Assembly (NCBI RefSeq): GCF_050320075.1 | Contig: NZ_CP190018.1 | Strand: one strand, 5' to 3' | Length of the DNA stretch: 64,000 nt | Source: Escherichia coli | GTDB taxonomy: Bacteria > Pseudomonadota > Gammaproteobacteria > Enterobacterales > Enterobacteriaceae | In this document: one piece after another, positions 30,397 to 41,076 of the stretch | Layout: every line of letters starts with the position of its first letter | How positions within the stretch are numbered: position 1 is the stretch's first letter | The notes under the pieces: generated by a model | Told to the model about the DNA's origin: nothing | Seen by the model: only the letters and a program-made list of their open reading frames with translations | The model's database searches: none | Position numbers and translations under genes: made by a program

Positions 30397-32114
30397 GCCA
30401 GGGATTCCTGCACATGAAGGCTTGCAGCATAAGCCTTCTGATAACGTTTTTTCGCTTCCGCACGGGCAGGCTTGCCGGAGGACGTTCGGGGAATACTGTG
30501 GGGCGGCAACAGATCGATAGCCGCGGTCACGCCAAATTCGCTTTGGATCCGTGCTGCCAGCGCGTGGATAAGCTGCCCGCGACGTTCTTCATCGCTGATC
30601 CGACACTGGATCTGCAAAATGATTTTTTCCTGGGCGGTAACAAAAGCAATCGCATCGCCAGAATGAATTTCCGGTTCCTGTTCCGCAATATATTCAATAT
30701 CCTGCGGCCAGATATTGCGGCCACGAATAATAATCAGATCTTTAATGCGTCCGGTGACATACAGATAACCGTCCAGCAGATAACCGAGGTCGCCGGTGTC
30801 TAACCAGCCCGTCGCGGCAATCTCGTCTTGTGAAATCTGGTCGCCAAAGTAACCGCTCATCAGGCTAGGGCCGGAGATGCAAATATGGCCTACCACACGT
30901 TCCGCGACAGGTATACCTGCTTCATTGCGGATTTCAATGCCATGTTCCGGCAACGCTTTACCGCAGTTGACGAAAGTCGATACGGCGCGTGTTTCAGCAT
31001 CCGGCGCGACGGCTTTGCCCTGATATTCGAGGATGTCGCGATCCACTTCGTTAACCACAACCCCGGAAGCTTCATCAGAGAAGCTGACAGCCAGCGCATT
31101 TTCTGCCAGTCCGTAGCACGGCATGAACGTTTTATCGTCAAAGTTAACCTGACGAAAACATTCAGCGAATTGATGGAGTTGTTCTGCGGAGATCGGTTCT
31201 GCGCCAATACCAGCGACGCGCCAGCAGGAAAGATCCAGTTCAGCGAGATCTTTTTCATTCACGCGGCGCTGGCACAATTCATAGCCAAACGGCGGCGCAA
31301 CGGAAACGGTGCCGCGATTTTTACTGATCAATTTAAGCCATTGCAGAGGACGCATGGCAAAATCCTGAGTGCGCAAATAATCTACTGAGAGCTGCGTGGC
31401 GACGGGGGTCAGGAGAAAGCCGACCAGTCCCATATCATGGTAGAAAGGCAGCCAGGAGACGCAGCGGTCGCCAGGGCGTAATTTAATGCCATCGTGGCTT
31501 ATAGCACGTAGATTAGCCATCACTTCGCGATGGGTGATAATGACGCCACGGGGAAAACGGGTGCTGCCGGAGGTGTACTGGAGGTAGGCGATATCGTTCG
31601 GAACTGGACGCTGGAGTGCAACATCGGCTTCCGGTAATGCCTTAAACCAGGCGTGGCTTAAAACATGTAATTCGGGTTTGTTATGCGTCGCGGCATTGAC
31701 CAGCGGTAACCACTCATCACCAGTGATAATGGCTGCGGGCTGGCAACTTGCCAGTAAACCCTGCAGTTTGGCGCTCCAGGAATCCCGCTGACCGACGCCC
31801 ATTGGAATCGCCAACGGGACGGCGATTAAGCCGGCATACTGGCAGGAAAAAAAAGCCTCTACGAACCCGCTACTGGTTTCGGCAATCAGCGCCACGCGAT
31901 CGCCTTTTTTCAGGTTCAGCGATAACAACCGCTTCGCACCAGCTTCGGCACGCGCTTTTAACGTCTGATATTCCAGTTGATCTTCAAGTTGGCAACGTCT
32001 GTCATAAAAATTCATTCCGGCGCTACTCAGAGCGGCGTAGTCCAAAGCATCAACCAGCGTTGGAAAATCGGCATAGCGCATAGGTAGGGAATGCGTAAAG
32101 ATTTTATTAGACAT
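30393..32114 (-). CDS. AMP-binding enzyme, fatty-acyl-AMP ligase or acyl-ACP synthetase-like
   Basis: Track ORF 30393..32141 trimmed to the ATG at the complement of 32112-32114 (MSNKIFTHSLPMRY...). Adenylation core motif YTSGSTRFPRGV. First gene of the operon. Confidence 0.8.
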   Translation of the reverse strand: MSNKIFTHSLPMRYADFPTLVDALDYAALSSAGMNFYDRRCQLEDQLEYQTLKARAEAGAKRLLSLNLKKGDRVALIAETSSGFVEAFFSCQYAGLIAVPLAIPMGVGQRDSWSAKLQGLLASCQPAAIITGDEWLPLVNAATHNKPELHVLSHAWFKALPEADVALQRPVPNDIAYLQYTSGSTRFPRGVIITHREVMANLRAISHDGIKLRPGDRCVSWLPFYHDMGLVGFLLTPVATQLSVDYLRTQDFAMRPLQWLKLISKNRGTVSVAPPFGYELCQRRVNEKDLAELDLSCWRVAGIGAEPISAEQLHQFAECFRQVNFDDKTFMPCYGLAENALAVSFSDEASGVVVNEVDRDILEYQGKAVAPDAETRAVSTFVNCGKALPEHGIEIRNEAGIPVAERVVGHICISGPSLMSGYFGDQISQDEIAATGWLDTGDLGYLLDGYLYVTGRIKDLIIIRGRNIWPQDIEYIAEQEPEIHSGDAIAFVTAQEKIILQIQCRISDEERRGQLIHALAARIQSEFGVTAAIDLLPPHSIPRTSSGKPARAEAKKRYQKAYAASLHVQESLA

Positions 32115-32141
32115 ATACACCACGAAAAAATTGGATATCAA

Positions 32142-32485
32142 AAATAAAATGACAATAATGCGGTGGATTATATAGGCATAAAAGATAAATGAGATAGTAT
32201 TTTCATCAGTGTGAAAATGAACATTGATTTAAATAATGAGTTTGAGTTTTTTTGTTTTTATTGTGAATGATATTTAATTTATGAATGTATTAAGAAGAAG
32301 CCTTGTCCGGTCGCCTTAAATCGACAAAAGGCATTGTGGCGCTTCTGTGTAGTCTCTGACCTTATCGTAATCATTAATAAATACTATTTATTCGTCGTTT
32401 GTATTCATTGGGTTGATTATTAAGGTGCCGTTCGTTGCTGTTGCAACCTGTTTGTCACCGTTAATTATTTGTTACCCACAGAACT
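32142..32485. promoter_or_regulatory. AT-rich divergent promoter region between the ligase operon (-) and the yghO-like gene (+)
   Basis: 344-bp non-coding, visibly AT-rich segment. No individual sites were mapped. Confidence 0.4.
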
Positions 32486-33628
32486 ATGGAATGCGATCTG
32501 CTGATGATTAAAATTGAAAAAGTAATTAATAAAAATGACCTTAAGGCATTTATCGCTTTTCCGTCATCACTTTATCCCGACGATCCAAACTGGATACCCC
32601 CTTTATTCATTGAACGCAACGAGCATTTGTCTGCGAAAAATCCGGGGACGGACCATATCATCTGGCAGGCGTGGGTGGCAAAAAAAGCAGGGCAGATAGT
32701 TGGGCGTATTACCGCGCAAATCGATACCTTGCACCGCGAGCGTTACGGCAAAGATACCGGTCATTTCGGCATGATTGACGCCATTGATGATCCGCAGGTT
32801 TTTGCCGCGTTGTTTGGCGCAGCGGAAGCGTGGTTGAAGTCACAAGGTGCAAGTAAGATCAGCGGTCCTTTCAGCCTGAATATCAATCAGGAAAGCGGAT
32901 TACTGATTGAAGGTTTCGATACACCACCCTGTGCGATGATGCCACACGGCAAACCGTGGTATGCCGCGCATATTGAACAATTGGGTTATCACAAAGGCAT
33001 TGATTTACTGGCGTGGTGGATGCAGCGAACCGATCTCACTTTCTCTCCGGCCCTAAAAAAACTGATGGATCAGGTGCGCAAAAAAGTGACCATTCGCTGC
33101 ATCAATCGCCAGCGGTTTGCCGAAGAGATGCAAATCCTGCGTGAGATTTTCAACTCTGGCTGGCAGCACAACTGGGGATTTGTGCCGTTTACCGAACATG
33201 AGTTCGCGACCATGGGCGATCAACTTAAATATCTGGTGCCGGACGATATGATCTACATCGCTGAGATTGATTCTGCACCCTGCGCGTTTATTGTCGGCTT
33301 GCCGAACATCAACGAGGCGATTGCCGATCTGAACGGATCGCTCTTTCCCTTCGGCTGGGCAAAATTGCTGTGGCGTTTGAAAGTCAGCGGTGTGCGAACT
33401 GCGCGAGTACCGCTGATGGGCGTGCGGGACGAGTATCAGTTCAGCCGCATCGGCCCGGTGATTGCGCTGTTATTGATTGAAGCCTTACGCGATCCGTTTG
33501 CCCGCCGGAAGATCGATGCGCTGGAGATGTCATGGATCCTCGAAACCAATACAGGCATGAATAACATGCTGGAACGCATTGGGGCGGAGCCGTACAAGCG
33601 TTACCGATTGTATGAAAAGCAGATTTGA
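32486..33628 (+). CDS. yghO: YghO-like protein, intact; candidate acyltransferase (function inferred from context, not proven)
   Basis: 380-aa ORF (the start may instead be the ATG at 32504). Soluble, no signal peptide. Sits between the lipid operon and glcC, where K-12 has the yghO remnant. Confidence 0.65.
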   Translation: MECDLLMIKIEKVINKNDLKAFIAFPSSLYPDDPNWIPPLFIERNEHLSAKNPGTDHIIWQAWVAKKAGQIVGRITAQIDTLHRERYGKDTGHFGMIDAIDDPQVFAALFGAAEAWLKSQGASKISGPFSLNINQESGLLIEGFDTPPCAMMPHGKPWYAAHIEQLGYHKGIDLLAWWMQRTDLTFSPALKKLMDQVRKKVTIRCINRQRFAEEMQILREIFNSGWQHNWGFVPFTEHEFATMGDQLKYLVPDDMIYIAEIDSAPCAFIVGLPNINEAIADLNGSLFPFGWAKLLWRLKVSGVRTARVPLMGVRDEYQFSRIGPVIALLLIEALRDPFARRKIDALEMSWILETNTGMNNMLERIGAEPYKRYRLYEKQI

Positions 33629-33634
33629 TGGCAG

Positions 33635-34399
33635 TCACCCCTGCTTCATCTCCAGCGGCACCGCCGAGCGAATCAAATGGTGGCCTTCCAGCTCGATATA
33701 GTGGAGATTCTTTTTCACGGTCCGCACATGATCGCATGCTGCGCGCTGGGCGACGTGCGGCAGCCGCTGCAACACCGCGTTGTAGATCCGCGCATGCTGG
33801 CGATCGATCTGCTTTTTTTGCTGTGGTCGATGGTAGAGATTATTTACGCTGGCAAACACTGAATTAAACATCAGATCGGTCAATGATTGCAGCGTAAACA
33901 CCAACACCTGATTGTGAGAAGCCTGACAAATGGCGAGATGGAAAGCGTGATCCAACTGCGCATGTTCGATCAGCGAAATCTCTTTGTTGTTCTCACTGGC
34001 GGCGAGCATTTTTTCATAACAGCGGGTTATCACAACAAAATCAGCCTGGGTTCCCAGCGTTGCCGCAAGCCTTGCCGATTCACCCTCCAGCAATGCGCGA
34101 ACGTCGAGCAGATCGTACAGCGTTCGCGGCTGCGTGCTGAACAGATGAATTAGCGGGCTGGTATCCTGCACCCGATTAAGCCGTGCGACACGAGAATCGC
34201 GACCCTGCGCCGTTTCAATAATCCCGCGCCCGCGCAGCACGGTCAGCCCTTCACGCAGTGCGGAGCGTGAGAAGCCGAGCTTTTCACACAGTCGACGTTC
34301 CGAGGGAAGCGGCTGACCGACCTTCAGTACGCCGTCGATAATTAACCGTTCGATACTCTCTGCAACCACTTCGCAAATAGGGCGACGTTCATCTTTCAT
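33635..34399 (-). CDS. glcC: GntR-family regulator of the glc operon, GlcC
   Basis: Track ORF 33635..34459 trimmed to the ATG at the complement of 34397-34399 (MKDERRPICEVVAESIERLIIDG...). Confidence 0.9.
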   Translation of the reverse strand: MKDERRPICEVVAESIERLIIDGVLKVGQPLPSERRLCEKLGFSRSALREGLTVLRGRGIIETAQGRDSRVARLNRVQDTSPLIHLFSTQPRTLYDLLDVRALLEGESARLAATLGTQADFVVITRCYEKMLAASENNKEISLIEHAQLDHAFHLAICQASHNQVLVFTLQSLTDLMFNSVFASVNNLYHRPQQKKQIDRQHARIYNAVLQRLPHVAQRAACDHVRTVKKNLHYIELEGHHLIRSAVPLEMKQG

Positions 34400-34649
34400 T
34401 CCCGGACCTCGTGCACAGGTAGGACCAATTTTTCTGTTCTTGACTCGCAAAACACGCACATCACGTAAGTGATTATGTTACATCAATTTAACATTAAGTT
34501 AACCAAGACAAGGTCACAGAGCTGGAAAAAAAATGGTCTGACCGGTAGCTAAAGAGATAGACGAAAACGAAAAGCCCGCTTAATAACTGTTCACAGAAGC
34601 AGCGCGCAAAAATCAGCTGCCACACAACACAACAAAGCGAAGCCTACTC

Positions 34650-36149
34650 ATGAGCATCTTGTACGAAGAGCGTCTTGATGGCGCTTTACCCGATGTCGAC
34701 CGCACATCGGTACTGATGGCACTGCGTGAGCATGTCCCTGGACTGGAGATCCTGCATACCGATGAGGAGATCATTCCTTACGAGTGTGACGGGTTGAGCG
34801 CGTATCGCACGCGTCCATTACTGGTTGTTCTGCCTAAGCAAATGGAACAGGTGACAGCGATTCTGGCTGTTTGTCACCGCCTGCATGTACCGGTGGTGAC
34901 CCGTGGTGCAGGCACCGGGCTTTCTGGTGGCGCGCTGCCGCTGGAAAAAGGTGTGTTGTTGGTGATGGCGCGCTTTAAAGAGATCCTCGACATTAACCCC
35001 GTTGGTCGCCGCGCGCGCGCGCAGCCGGGCGTGCGTAACCTGGCGATCTCCCAGGCCGTTGCGCCGCATAATCTCTATTACGCGCCGGATCCTTCCTCAC
35101 AAATCGCCTGTTCAATTGGCGGCAATGTGGCGGAAAATGCCGGTGGCGTCCACTGCCTGAAATATGGTCTGACCGTACATAACCTGCTGAAAATTGAAGT
35201 GCAAACGCTGGACGGCGAGGCGCTGACGCTGGGATCGGACGCGCTGGATTCGCCTGGTTTTGACCTGCTGGCGCTGTTCACCGGATCGGAAGGTATGCTC
35301 GGCGTGACCACCGAAGTGACGGTAAAACTGCTGCCGAAGCCGCCCGTGGCGCGGGTTCTGTTAGCCAGCTTTGACTCGGTAGAAAAAGCCGGACTTGCGG
35401 TTGGTGACATCATCGCCAATGGCATTATCCCCGGCGGGCTGGAGATGATGGATAACCTGTCGATCCGCGCGGCGGAAGATTTTATTCATGCCGGTTATCC
35501 GGTCGACGCCGAAGCGATTTTGTTATGCGAGCTGGACGGCGTGGAGTCTGACGTACAGGAAGACTGCGAGCGGGTTAACGACATCTTGTTGAAAGCGGGC
35601 GCGACTGACGTCCGTCTGGCACAGGACGAAGCAGAGCGCGTACGTTTCTGGGCCGGTCGCAAAAATGCGTTCCCTGCGGTAGGACGAATCTCCCCGGATT
35701 ACTACTGCATGGATGGCACCATCCCGCGCCGCGCCCTGCCTGGCGTACTGGAAGGCATTGCCCGTTTATCGCAGCAATATGATTTACGCGTTGCCAACGT
35801 CTTTCATGCCGGAGACGGCAACATGCACCCGTTAATCCTTTTCGATGCCAACGAACCCGGTGAATTTGCCCGCGCGGAAGAGCTGGGCGGGAAGATCCTC
35901 GAACTCTGCGTTGAAGTTGGCGGCAGCATCAGTGGGGAACATGGCATCGGGCGCGAAAAAATCAATCAAATGTGCGCCCAGTTCAACAGCGATGAAATCA
36001 CGACCTTCCATGCGGTCAAGGCGGCGTTTGACCCCGATGGTTTGCTGAACCCTGGGAAAAACATTCCCACGCTACACCGCTGTGCTGAATTTGGTGCCAT
36101 GCATGTGCATCACGGTCATTTACCTTTCCCTGAACTGGAGCGTTTCTGA
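34650..36149 (+). CDS. glcD: Glycolate oxidase FAD-binding subunit GlcD
   Basis: 499 aa, matching recalled GlcD. Confidence 0.95.
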   Translation: MSILYEERLDGALPDVDRTSVLMALREHVPGLEILHTDEEIIPYECDGLSAYRTRPLLVVLPKQMEQVTAILAVCHRLHVPVVTRGAGTGLSGGALPLEKGVLLVMARFKEILDINPVGRRARAQPGVRNLAISQAVAPHNLYYAPDPSSQIACSIGGNVAENAGGVHCLKYGLTVHNLLKIEVQTLDGEALTLGSDALDSPGFDLLALFTGSEGMLGVTTEVTVKLLPKPPVARVLLASFDSVEKAGLAVGDIIANGIIPGGLEMMDNLSIRAAEDFIHAGYPVDAEAILLCELDGVESDVQEDCERVNDILLKAGATDVRLAQDEAERVRFWAGRKNAFPAVGRISPDYYCMDGTIPRRALPGVLEGIARLSQQYDLRVANVFHAGDGNMHPLILFDANEPGEFARAEELGGKILELCVEVGGSISGEHGIGREKINQMCAQFNSDEITTFHAVKAAFDPDGLLNPGKNIPTLHRCAEFGAMHVHHGHLPFPELERF

Positions 36150-37201
36150 TGCTACGCGAGTGTGATTACAGCCAGGCGCTGCTGGAGCAGGTGAATCAGG
36201 CGATTAGCGATAAAACGCCGCTGGTGATTCAGGGCAGCAATAGCAAAGCCTTTTTAGGTCGTCCTGTCACCGGGCAAACGCTGGATGTGCGTTGTCATCG
36301 CGGCATTGTTAATTACGACCCGACCGAGCTGGTGATAACCGCTCGTGCCGGAACGCCGCTGGTGGCGATTGAAGCGGCGCTGGAGAGCGCCGGGCAAATG
36401 CTCCCCTGCGAGCCGCCGCATTATGGTGAAGAAGCCACCTGGGGCGGGATGGTCGCCTGCGGGCTGGCGGGGCCGCGTCGCCCGTGGAGCGGTTCGGTCC
36501 GCGATTTTGTCCTCGGCACGCGCATCATTACCGGCACTGGAAAACATCTGCGTTTTGGTAGCGAAGTGATGAAAAACGTTGCCGGATACGATCTCTCACG
36601 GTTAATGGCCGGAAGCTACGGTTGTCTGGGTGTGCTCACTGAAATCTCGATGAAAGTGTTACCGCGACCACGCGCCACCCTGAGTCTGCGTCGGGAAATC
36701 AGCCTGCAAGAAGCCATGAATGAAATCGCCCAGTGGCAACTCCAGCCATTACCCATTAGTGGCTTATGTTACTTCGACAATGCGTTGTGGATCCGCCTTG
36801 AGGGCGGCGAAGGATCGGTAAAAGCAGCGCGTGAACTGCTGGGGGGCGAAGAGGTTGCGGGTCAGTTCTGGCAGCAATTGCGTGAACAACAACTGCCGTT
36901 CTTCTCGTTACCAGGTACCTTATGGCGCATTTCCTTACCCTGCGATGCGCCGATGATGGATTTACCCGGCGAGCAACTGATCGACTGGGGCGGGGCGTTA
37001 CGCTGGCTGAAATCGACAGCCGAGGACAATCAAATCCATCGCATCGCCCGCAACGCTGGCGGTCATGCGACCCGCTTTAGTGCCGGAGATGGTGGCTTTG
37101 CCCCGCTATCGGCTCCTTTATTCCGCTATCACCAGCAGCTTAAACAGCAGCTCGACCCTTGCGGCGTGTTTAATCCCGGTCGCATGTACGCGGAGCTTTA
37201 A
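36149..37201 (+). CDS. glcE: Glycolate oxidase subunit GlcE
   Basis: 350 aa; its ATG overlaps the glcD stop (TGATG). Confidence 0.93.
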   Translation: MLRECDYSQALLEQVNQAISDKTPLVIQGSNSKAFLGRPVTGQTLDVRCHRGIVNYDPTELVITARAGTPLVAIEAALESAGQMLPCEPPHYGEEATWGGMVACGLAGPRRPWSGSVRDFVLGTRIITGTGKHLRFGSEVMKNVAGYDLSRLMAGSYGCLGVLTEISMKVLPRPRATLSLRREISLQEAMNEIAQWQLQPLPISGLCYFDNALWIRLEGGEGSVKAARELLGGEEVAGQFWQQLREQQLPFFSLPGTLWRISLPCDAPMMDLPGEQLIDWGGALRWLKSTAEDNQIHRIARNAGGHATRFSAGDGGFAPLSAPLFRYHQQLKQQLDPCGVFNPGRMYAEL

Positions 37202-37211
37202 GGAGCAGGCT

Positions 37212-38435
37212 ATGCAAACCCAATTAACCGAAGAGATGCGGCAGAACGCGCGGGCGCTGGAAGCCGACAGCATCCTGCGCGCCTGTGTTCACTGCGGATT
37301 TTGTACCGCAACCTGCCCAACCTATCAGCTCCTGGGCGATGAACTGGACGGGCCGCGCGGGCGCATCTATCTGATTAAACAGGTGCTGGAAGGTAACGAA
37401 GTCACGCTTAAAACACAGGAGCATCTCGATCGCTGTCTCACTTGCCGCAATTGTGAAACCACCTGTCCTTCTGGTGTGCGCTATCACAATTTGCTGGATA
37501 TCGGGCGTGATATTGTCGAGCAGAAAGTGAAACGCCCACTGCCGGAGCGAATGCTGCGCGAAGGATTGCGCCAGGTAGTGCCGCATCCGGCTGTCTTCCG
37601 TGCGCTGACGCAGGTAGGGCTGGTGCTGCGACCGTTTTTACCGGAACAGGTCAGAGCAAAACTGCCTGCTGAAACCGTAAAAGCTAAACCGCGTCCACCG
37701 CTGCGCCATAAGCGTCGGGTTTTAATGCTGGAAGGCTGCGCCCAGCCTACGCTTTCGCCCAACACCAACGCGGCAACTGCGCGAGTGCTGGATCGTCTGG
37801 GGATCAGCGTGACGCCAGCTAATGAAGCAGGCTGTTGTGGCGCGGTGGACTATCATCTTAATGCGCAAGAGAAAGGGCTGGCGCGGGCGCGCAATAATAT
37901 TGATGCCTGGTGGCCCGCGATTGAAGCAGGTGCCGAGGCTATTTTGCAGACTGCCAGCGGCTGCGGCGCGTTTGTCAAAGAGTATGGGCAGATGCTGAAA
38001 AACGATGCGTTGTATGCCGATAAAGCGCGTCAGGTCAGTGAGCTGGCGGTCGATTTAGTCGAACTTCTGCGCGAGGAACCGCTGGAAAAACTGGCAATTC
38101 GCGGCGATAAAAAACTGGCCTTCCACTGCCCGTGTACCCTGCAACATGCGCAAAAGCTGAACGGCGAAGTGGAAAAAGTGTTACTTCGTCTTGGATTTAC
38201 CTTAACGGACGTTCCCGACAGCCATCTGTGCTGCGGTTCAGCGGGAACATATGCGTTAACGCATCCCGATCTGGCGCGCCAGCTGCGGGATAACAAAATG
38301 AATGCGCTGGAAAGCGGCAAACCGGAAATGATCGTCACCGCCAACATTGGTTGCCAGACGCATCTGGCGAGCGCCGGTCGTACCTCTGTGCGTCACTGGA
38401 TTGAAATTGTAGAACAAGCCCTTGAAAAGGAATAA
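37212..38435 (+). CDS. glcF: Glycolate oxidase iron-sulfur subunit GlcF
   Basis: Track ORF 37065..38435 trimmed to the ATG at 37212 (MQTQLTEEMRQNARALEADSILRACVHCGFCTATCPTYQ...), 407 aa with two Cys clusters. Confidence 0.93.
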   Translation: MQTQLTEEMRQNARALEADSILRACVHCGFCTATCPTYQLLGDELDGPRGRIYLIKQVLEGNEVTLKTQEHLDRCLTCRNCETTCPSGVRYHNLLDIGRDIVEQKVKRPLPERMLREGLRQVVPHPAVFRALTQVGLVLRPFLPEQVRAKLPAETVKAKPRPPLRHKRRVLMLEGCAQPTLSPNTNAATARVLDRLGISVTPANEAGCCGAVDYHLNAQEKGLARARNNIDAWWPAIEAGAEAILQTASGCGAFVKEYGQMLKNDALYADKARQVSELAVDLVELLREEPLEKLAIRGDKKLAFHCPCTLQHAQKLNGEVEKVLLRLGFTLTDVPDSHLCCGSAGTYALTHPDLARQLRDNKMNALESGKPEMIVTANIGCQTHLASAGRTSVRHWIEIVEQALEKE

Positions 38436-38439
38436 CAAA

Positions 38440-38844
38440 ATGAAAACTAAAGTCATTCTTAGCCAGCAAATGGCGAGTGCAATTATTGCCGCAGGTCAGG
38501 AAGAGGCGCAGAAAAATAACTGGTCTGTTTCCATTGCTGTTGCCGATGACGGCGGTCATCTGCTGGCGTTAAGTCGCATGGACGATTGCGCGCCGATTGC
38601 GGCTTACATCTCCCAGGAGAAAGCGCGTACCGCCGCGCTGGGGCGTCGTGAAACTAAGGGCTATGAAGAGATGGTGAACAACGGACGTACCGCGTTCGTG
38701 ACTGCGCCGTTATTAACGTCGCTGGAAGGCGGCGTACCGGTTGTTGTTGATGGGCAAATTATTGGTGCCGTGGGCGTTTCTGGTTTAACCGGAGCACAGG
38801 ATGCGCAGGTCGCGAAAGCGGCAGCAGCGGTGTTGGCGAAATAA
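38440..38844 (+). CDS. glcG: GlcG (heme-binding, DUF336-like)
   Basis: Track ORF 38422..38844 trimmed to the ATG at 38440 (MKTKVILSQQMASAI...), 134 aa. Confidence 0.88.
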   Translation: MKTKVILSQQMASAIIAAGQEEAQKNNWSVSIAVADDGGHLLALSRMDDCAPIAAYISQEKARTAALGRRETKGYEEMVNNGRTAFVTAPLLTSLEGGVPVVVDGQIIGAVGVSGLTGAQDAQVAKAAAAVLAK

Positions 38845-38865
38845 GCGAAAACGAGGAGAGAAACA

Positions 38866-41037
38866 ATGAGTCAAACCATAACCCAGGGCCGTTTACGCAT
38901 TGACGCCAATTTTAAACGTTTTGTGGATGAAGAAGTTTTGCCGGGAACAGGGTTGGACGCTGCGGCGTTCTGGCGCAATGTTGATGAGATCGTTCACGAT
39001 CTGGCACCAGAAAATCGTCAGTTGCTGGCAGAACGCGATCGCATTCAGGCGGCGCTTGATGAGTGGCATCGCAGCAATCCGGGGCCGGTTAAAGATAAAG
39101 CGGCCTATAAATCTTTCCTGCGTGAACTGGGCTACCTGGTGCCACAACCGGATCGCGTGACGGTGGAAACCACGGGCATTGACAGCGAAATCACCAGCCA
39201 GGCGGGGCCACAGCTGGTGGTTCCGGCAATGAACGCCCGCTACGCGCTGAACGCGGCGAACGCTCGCTGGGGCTCACTGTACGATGCGTTATACGGCAGC
39301 GACATCATCCCGCAGGAAGGGGCGATGGTCAGCGGCTACGATCCGCAGCGCGGTGAGCAGGTTATCGCCTGGGTTCGGCGTTTCCTCGATGAATCACTAC
39401 CGCTGGAAAACGGCAGCTATCAGGATGTGGTGGCGTTTAAGGTGGTTGATAAACAATTACGCATCCAGTTGAAAAATGGTAAAGAAACCACGTTACGCAC
39501 CCCGGCGCAGTTTGTCGGTTACCGTGGCAATGCCGCTGCGCCGTCCTGCATTTTGCTGAAAAATAACGGCCTGCATATTGAGCTGCAAATCGATGCCAAC
39601 GGGCGGATTGGCAAAGACGATCCGGCGCATATCAACGATGTTATCGTCGAAGCGGCCATCAGTACCATTCTCGACTGCGAAGATTCGGTCGCGGCGGTTG
39701 ATGCGGAAGATAAAATCCTGCTGTACCGCAACCTGCTGGGCCTGATGCAGGGGACTCTGCAAGAGAAAATGGAAAAAAACGGTCGGCAAATCGTGCGTAA
39801 ACTGAATGACGATCGTCATTACACCGCCGCCGATGGCTCTGAAATTTCTCTGCACGGACGCTCGCTGCTGTTTATCCGCAACGTGGGTCATTTGATGACC
39901 ATTCCTGTGATTTGGGACAGCGAAGGCAATGAAATCCCGGAAGGCATTCTTGATGGCGTCATGACTGGCGCGATTGCCCTCTATGATTTAAAAGTGCAGA
40001 AAAACTCGCGCACTGGCAGCGTCTATATTGTGAAACCGAAAATGCACGGTCCGCAGGAAGTGGCGTTCGCCAACAAACTGTTTACCCGCATTGAGACAAT
40101 GCTCGGTATGGCACCGAATACCCTGAAAATGGGCATTATGGATGAAGAACGTCGGACCTCGCTGAACTTGCGTAGCTGTATCGCTCAGGCGCGCAACCGC
40201 GTGGCGTTCATCAATACCGGTTTCCTCGACCGTACCGGCGATGAAATGCATTCGGTGATGGAAGCTGGCCCGATGCTGCGTAAAAATCAGATGAAATCGA
40301 CGCCTTGGATCAAAGCCTACGAGCGTAATAACGTGCTTTCCGGTCTGTTCTGTGGGCTGCGCGGTAAAGCGCAAATTGGTAAAGGCATGTGGGCAATGCC
40401 GGACCTGATGGCAGACATGTACAGCCAGAAGGGCGACCAACTGCGTGCCGGGGCAAACACAGCCTGGGTTCCGTCACCAACCGCTGCTACGCTCCATGCG
40501 CTGCACTACCACCAAACCAACGTACAGAGCGTGCAGGCCAACATTGCCCAGAGCGAGTTCAATGCTGAATTTGAACCGCTGCTGGACGATCTGCTGACTA
40601 TTCCGGTGGCTGAAAACGCTAACTGGTCGGTGGAAGAGATCCAACAAGAGCTGGATAACAACGTGCAGGGGATTCTGGGGTACGTGGTGCGTTGGGTGGA
40701 GCAGGGGATTGGTTGTTCAAAAGTGCCGGATATTCACAACGTGGCGCTGATGGAAGACCGCGCAACGCTGCGTATCTCCAGCCAGCATATCGCCAACTGG
40801 TTACGTCACGGTATTCTGACCAAAGAACAGGTGCAGGCGTCGCTGGAGAATATGGCGAAAGTGGTTGATCAGCAAAACGCTGGCGATCCGGCTTATCGTC
40901 CGATGGCGGGGAATTTCGCTAACTCGTGTGCTTTTAAAGCTGCCAGCGATTTAATCTTCCTCGGCGTGAAACAGCCAAACGGCTATACCGAACCGTTATT
41001 ACACGCCTGGCGTTTACGCGAAAAAGAAAGTCATTAA
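38866..41037 (+). CDS. glcB: Malate synthase G
   Basis: 723 aa ([31 protein letters not shown]...), matching recalled GlcB. Confidence 0.95.
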   Translation: MSQTITQGRLRIDANFKRFVDEEVLPGTGLDAAAFWRNVDEIVHDLAPENRQLLAERDRIQAALDEWHRSNPGPVKDKAAYKSFLRELGYLVPQPDRVTVETTGIDSEITSQAGPQLVVPAMNARYALNAANARWGSLYDALYGSDIIPQEGAMVSGYDPQRGEQVIAWVRRFLDESLPLENGSYQDVVAFKVVDKQLRIQLKNGKETTLRTPAQFVGYRGNAAAPSCILLKNNGLHIELQIDANGRIGKDDPAHINDVIVEAAISTILDCEDSVAAVDAEDKILLYRNLLGLMQGTLQEKMEKNGRQIVRKLNDDRHYTAADGSEISLHGRSLLFIRNVGHLMTIPVIWDSEGNEIPEGILDGVMTGAIALYDLKVQKNSRTGSVYIVKPKMHGPQEVAFANKLFTRIETMLGMAPNTLKMGIMDEERRTSLNLRSCIAQARNRVAFINTGFLDRTGDEMHSVMEAGPMLRKNQMKSTPWIKAYERNNVLSGLFCGLRGKAQIGKGMWAMPDLMADMYSQKGDQLRAGANTAWVPSPTAATLHALHYHQTNVQSVQANIAQSEFNAEFEPLLDDLLTIPVAENANWSVEEIQQELDNNVQGILGYVVRWVEQGIGCSKVPDIHNVALMEDRATLRISSQHIANWLRHGILTKEQVQASLENMAKVVDQQNAGDPAYRPMAGNFANSCAFKAASDLIFLGVKQPNGYTEPLLHAWRLREKESH

Positions 41038-41050
41038 TAGCGTCAAAAAA

Positions 41051-41076
41051 GCCCCGGCAAGTTTTATTGTCGGGGC
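41051..41076. terminator. Stem-loop after glcB (gccccggcaa / ttgtcggggc)
   Basis: 10-bp stem with one G-U position and a T-rich loop. No downstream U-tract, so the call is uncertain. Confidence 0.35.
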
